This document shows, piece after piece, positions 42,419 through 45,496 of a stretch of DNA of 45,496 nt. Positions within the stretch are counted from its first letter, which is position 1. Every line of letters starts with the position of its first letter. Under the pieces are notes generated by a model. It was not told the DNA's origin and did not search any database. It saw only the letters and a program-made list of their open reading frames with translations. Where the stretch lies: IMG/VR virus record IMGVR_UViG_3300045988_123705, positions 1 to 45,496 of that record; one strand, given 5' to 3'. The stretch comes from a virus. Position numbers and translations under genes: made by a program.

Positions 42419-42447
42419 ACCATTATTTTATCACAAAGGAGAAATAA

Positions 42448-42714
42448 ATGTACGGTGTAGACGATGAAGAATTACGAGAGGAGTTAAGGCGTATTGATAC
42501 AGCGAATAAAGAAAATGCGCTGTATCACATAAAACAAGCCCTGGGATATTCAAATTGTGAAGTAACTGACATTGAATTAGTTCAGGACGGATGTAGGACA
42601 TTTGTTGACATTACAGTCCAAAGCGGGGCGATATTCCGAGCGAATGTATCAATGGATAGTGTCGGCGCCATGATATACGACATTTTCAGGCAGTGCGAAT
42701 GGTTGAGATCATGA
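42448..42714 (+). CDS. Hypothetical protein (88 aa)
   Basis: RBS AAGGAGA. No motif. Confidence 0.5.
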   Translation: MYGVDDEELREELRRIDTANKENALYHIKQALGYSNCEVTDIELVQDGCRTFVDITVQSGAIFRANVSMDSVGAMIYDIFRQCEWLRS

Positions 42715-43037
42715 AAATTGAGTTTACAGAAAATAACTTCATTAGATTTCTTGAAAAATTGGTTCAATGTGGAACCAGAGATACATGTTTTTTCTCTATG
42801 AGTTGGGAGGTATTTGATCCACTTAGAGACCCACTGATTGTCGGCGTTGATGTTAGATATGGTAAAAAGAACAGCTTGTATAAAAGCCTTAATGTACACA
42901 TTCAAAATCATGTTAATGCGGAAATCGAAATTGATGGGAAATCAAAAGTCTGCAAAACGCCGTTTGAAGCGTTTGAATTTATCAAAAGTATTTATGAAAT
43001 GAAATTTGGAGGAAAAGAAAATGGCAAAACTTTATGA
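42711..43037 (+). CDS. Hypothetical protein (108 aa)
   Basis: ATG 42711 in ATGA overlap. No motif. Confidence 0.5.
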   Translation: MKIEFTENNFIRFLEKLVQCGTRDTCFFSMSWEVFDPLRDPLIVGVDVRYGKKNSLYKSLNVHIQNHVNAEIEIDGKSKVCKTPFEAFEFIKSIYEMKFGGKENGKTL

Positions 43038-43512
43038 ATTAGACCAGAGAATTAATGAATTAATCGCAAATTCAATAGACCCTGAAACAGGCGAAGTATC
43101 CGATGGGTTTATTGAAAAATTGGACGCACTCAATATGGAGCGCAACAAAAAAATAGATAACATTATGTGCCTGATTAAAAACCTGATTAGCGATGCCGAA
43201 GGATGGGAAGCAGAAGAAAAACGCCTTGCCGAATTAAAGAAATCGGCGAAGAACAGAGCAGAAAGCCTTAAAAATTACCTTTCACGGTATATGGAAGCTG
43301 GCGTCGAGAAATTCACGTCTGAACATGGGAAAATCGGCTGGAGAAAGAGTGAAAAGGTTGTTGTTCAGGATGTAGATACACTCCCCGAAGAGTTCAAGAA
43401 AGTAAAAGTTGAAGTAAAAGCAGATCTTATCTCATTGAAAAATGCACTTAAAGAAGACAGAAAGATTGATGGCGTTTCACTGGAAGAACATCAAAACATT
43501 CAAATTAAATAA
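43021..43512 (+). CDS. Siphovirus Gp157-like protein
   Basis: MAKLYELDQRINELI...ETGEV...KLDALNMERNKKIDNI...AEEKRLAELKK.AKNRAESLKNYL typical of the Gp157 family that precedes SSAP genes. Confidence 0.7.
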   Translation: MAKLYELDQRINELIANSIDPETGEVSDGFIEKLDALNMERNKKIDNIMCLIKNLISDAEGWEAEEKRLAELKKSAKNRAESLKNYLSRYMEAGVEKFTSEHGKIGWRKSEKVVVQDVDTLPEEFKKVKVEVKADLISLKNALKEDRKIDGVSLEEHQNIQIK

Positions 43513-43521
43513 GGAGGAACG

Positions 43522-44124
43522 ATGGGTAAAATATCAAAACTGCTAAAAATGCAGAAGAAATTGGTTGTTCCAAAGGGGCAGTATAACTCTTTTGGTAAAT
43601 ACAAATACCGTTCGGCAGAAGACATCATGGTTGCCTTGAAAGTAGTACAAGAAGCGGAAAATACCGTGGTTGTTATTGATACAGACATAGAAACAGCCAA
43701 TGGATGGAATTATATCAATGCCACAGCGACGCTGTACGACGCTGACGATGGAGAAGTAATTGCCGTTACACACGGAAAAGCAAGAGAACCGGAAGCAAAA
43801 AAAGGAATGGACGAAAGTCAAATTACTGGTACAGCTGCCAGCTATGCAATCAAGAGGGCGCTGTCGGGTATGTTCTTGATTGATGACGAAAAAGACGCCG
43901 ATACACTTAACAATTCAGATGACTACACAAAAAAGGATAATACAAAAACAGTTATGCTGAAAAAGTTAGAGTACGAGCTTTCACAAAATGATATTGATAT
44001 CAACGATTTTGCGAAGATCTTGTTCAAGAAAAAGAAAGACTCCCTAACCGAAAAACAAATAGAAGCAACGCTAAGTAACTTCTCAATTGCCGTTGACAAA
44101 TACAGGAAACTTACAAAGCAATGA
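43522..44124 (+). CDS. erf: ERF-family single-strand annealing protein
   Basis: KGQYNSFGKYKYRSAEDIMVALKVV... and SQITGTAASYAIKRALSGMFLIDD core. Confidence 0.8.
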   Translation: MGKISKLLKMQKKLVVPKGQYNSFGKYKYRSAEDIMVALKVVQEAENTVVVIDTDIETANGWNYINATATLYDADDGEVIAVTHGKAREPEAKKGMDESQITGTAASYAIKRALSGMFLIDDEKDADTLNNSDDYTKKDNTKTVMLKKLEYELSQNDIDINDFAKILFKKKKDSLTEKQIEATLSNFSIAVDKYRKLTKQ

Positions 44125-44654
44125 AAGCAAAATGTTACGGGCTGAAAATCAATCACATGGATATCACTCATGCGGAAATATCCGTAGTGGTTGACAAATC
44201 AGCATTGCAGAACCTGCCGCCACAGGATAAACCGATGGAAATTATCCTGCAAACAATCAAGAAGAAAAGAAGCTTATCGGCTAATGCTTATTGCTGGGTA
44301 CTCTTTGATGAAATAGCAAAGGCAGTCAAGAACACGGCTAAAAACGTCTACAAACAGGCTATACGTGATGTGGGGGTATACGAACTCATGTACATGCCAA
44401 AAGACGCTGTAAAACGATTTATTGACGTTTGGAACGCAAAAGGCGAGGGGTGGCAGGCAGAATTACTGGAAGCGGAGTATCAGGGGTTGTCATGTGTAAA
44501 AGCCTACTATGGAAGTTCCACATACAACACAGATGAAATGTCACGTCTTATTGATTGGGCAATAGACGCCGCAGAAGAGCAGGGAATTGAAACTCTTACC
44601 CCTGCCCAGAAGAGCCTAATGCTAAAAGAGTGGGGTGATAACTGGAATGGATGA
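44121..44654 (+). CDS. ninB: NinB/Orf-family recombination mediator
   Basis: KKKRSLSANAYCWVLFDEIA and YGSSTYNTDEMSRLIDWAIDAAEEQGIE...LKEWGDNW parallel lambda NinB (RSLDQNRKLWACLGDVS ... GQSTSRM..EFAELLE...WKARWG). Confidence 0.7.
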   Translation: MKAKCYGLKINHMDITHAEISVVVDKSALQNLPPQDKPMEIILQTIKKKRSLSANAYCWVLFDEIAKAVKNTAKNVYKQAIRDVGVYELMYMPKDAVKRFIDVWNAKGEGWQAELLEAEYQGLSCVKAYYGSSTYNTDEMSRLIDWAIDAAEEQGIETLTPAQKSLMLKEWGDNWNG

Positions 44655-45000
44655 ACACTTCTTGATTCCACGATGGAACAAAATCAAGTTGACAAAGAAT
44701 GGTTATGCAAAAATATGCAAACTTATAAATGAAAGGGATGGAGAAAAATGTGTGATTTGCGGTAGCCATTGGGGCATTCACCATCATCATATCACCTTCC
44801 GTTCAAGTTTCAGAGATCCAGGAAGTGACACATTGGAAAACCTTGTTTGTGTATGCTGGCGGTGCCACGACATTTACTGTCATGGAACGAAAGAAAAACG
44901 CTGGCAGAGGATACTTGAAGAATACATCGAAAAAATGAAACCGTGGAATGAAGCACACCGTAAACAGGCGGAAGAAATCTATGAAAAGTACAGGAGGTAA
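44647..45000 (+). CDS. HNH endonuclease
   Basis: CVICGS...HHHHI....GSDTLENLVCVCWRCHDIYCHG. Confidence 0.75.
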   Translation: MDEHFLIPRWNKIKLTKNGYAKICKLINERDGEKCVICGSHWGIHHHHITFRSSFRDPGSDTLENLVCVCWRCHDIYCHGTKEKRWQRILEEYIEKMKPWNEAHRKQAEEIYEKYRR

Positions 45001-45003
45001 AAA

Positions 45004-45496
45004 TTGGCAGAACAAACACGGAACAAAAGGCGGCTTTATTGGTTGAAATTGCCAGAAAACTTTTTCAGAAGAAAGGAAATAAAACGCTTAAGAAGAATTG
45101 CGGGCGGAGATACGTTTACTGTTATTTACCAAGAAATGTTATTGCTTGCAATGAATAACAGCGGACTTTTGAGCTTTGATGGATTTGACGAAACCTTTGC
45201 AAAAGAAATTGCGCTTGAGTTAGATGAAGACCCTGATAATGTTCAAATGACCGTGAATTATTTACTTAGAACAGGACTAATGACAGAAGTTACCCCCGAT
45301 GAATATCACTTGCTTGAATCTGACGTGTATACAAGCAGTGAAAGTATAAGCGCAGAGCGGGTTAGAAGATTTAGGGAAAACCAAAAAGCGTTACAATGTA
45401 ACACTCATGTAACGCAAGTGAAACGTTTGTGTAACGTAGAGATAGAGAAAGATACAGAGATAGAGAAAGATACAGAGATAGAGAAAGATACAGAGA
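45004..45496 (+). CDS. Replisome organizer, N-terminal domain (Phage_rep_org_N-like); ORF runs off the window end and continues at nt 1
   Basis: TTG 45004 six nt after AGGAGG. WLKLPENFFRRKEIKRLRRIAGGDTFTVIYQEMLLLAMNNSGLL...EIALELDEDPDNVQMTVNYLLRTGLM. Confidence 0.85.
   Translation, partial: MAEQTRNKRRLYWLKLPENFFRRKEIKRLRRIAGGDTFTVIYQEMLLLAMNNSGLLSFDGFDETFAKEIALELDEDPDNVQMTVNYLLRTGLMTEVTPDEYHLLESDVYTSSESISAERVRRFRENQKALQCNTHVTQVKRLCNVEIEKDTEIEKDTEIEKDTE
45442..45496. repeat. 18-bp tandem repeat x3 (+1 nt), identical to nt 1..55; preceded by a partial unit GTAGAG
   Basis: Direct reading. In frame it encodes IEKDTE x3. Confidence 0.95.

Larger units (their letters stand above)
1..45496. mobile_element. 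Complete temperate siphovirus-like phage genome, circularly permuted in this window
   Basis: Identical 55-nt ends. Full set of lysogeny, replication, packaging, head, tail and lysis modules. No host genes at either edge. Confidence 0.9.

Noticed and set aside
42582-42911. 109-aa minus-strand ORF that could have been the target of the leftward terminator at 42363-42397
   Set aside because: It overlaps two well-coupled plus-strand genes. It has no RBS and an implausible sequence. The terminator is better explained by the short antisense cassette.
1-45496. Genome-wide TGA recoding (code 4/25), suggested by the in-frame TGAs at 1167 and 4241
   Set aside because: The SSB ends DEDIPF-TGA, and that tail must be C-terminal. 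Structural and lysis genes are intact under the standard code, and many genes use TGA in ATGA junctions. No suppressor tRNA was seen.

Overview
The 45,496-nt window is a complete, circularly closed genome of a temperate siphovirus-type phage. Nt 1-55 are identical to nt 45442-45496, giving a unit length of about 45,441 bp. There are no host flanks. Translation signals are Firmicutes-like (AGGAGG-type RBS, many ATGA/GTGA coupled gene junctions).

Layout:
- Replication/recombination module, wrapping the junction (43021..45496 + 1..2202): Gp157-like, Erf, NinB, HNH, replisome organizer with in-frame 18-bp iterons, G39P-like loader, SSB, RusA.
- Early accessory block (2301..9169): secreted 3D-domain protein, four orphan DNA methyltransferases (two tandem MT-A70, one small DPPH enzyme, one Dcm), dUTPase, MmcB-like nuclease, DUF3310-like protein.
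- Accessory island of stand-alone transcription units (9170..12074): orphan 336-aa ORF, array of dyad-symmetric ~23-bp repeats plus an AT-rich tract, leftward two-gene cassette with one disrupted gene, small HTH gene behind a consensus promoter, candidate cos region.
- Lambda-like morphogenesis module (12075..34240): TerS, GpA-type TerL, W, portal, ClpP-scaffold, D-like decoration, E-like capsid, tail tube, G/GT chaperones with a canonical -1 slip site, tape measure with embedded CHAP domain, M-L-K-I/J tip, repeat-containing fibre.
- Lysis (34244..35474): holin and single-domain amidase.
- Post-lysis locus (35656..36144), where two almost co-extensive overlapping frames each encode a membrane-anchored heptad coiled coil; one is a lipoprotein with a C-terminal TM, i.e. 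spanin-like.
- Candidate structured RNA and attP region (36206..36788).
- Leftward lysogeny operon (36789..39436): integrase, two small membrane proteins, ImmA, XRE repressor.
- Rightward early genes (39599..43037): Cro-like, antirepressor, Xis-like, and others. These are interrupted by a leftward moron and two paralogous antisense promoter-hairpin-terminator cassettes.

Most noteworthy are the dual-frame spanin-like locus, the paired sar/oop-like antisense cassettes, the duplicated-hairpin RNA candidate next to attP, and the repeat array in the accessory island. All functional calls come from motif recognition by eye and synteny. No database search was run.
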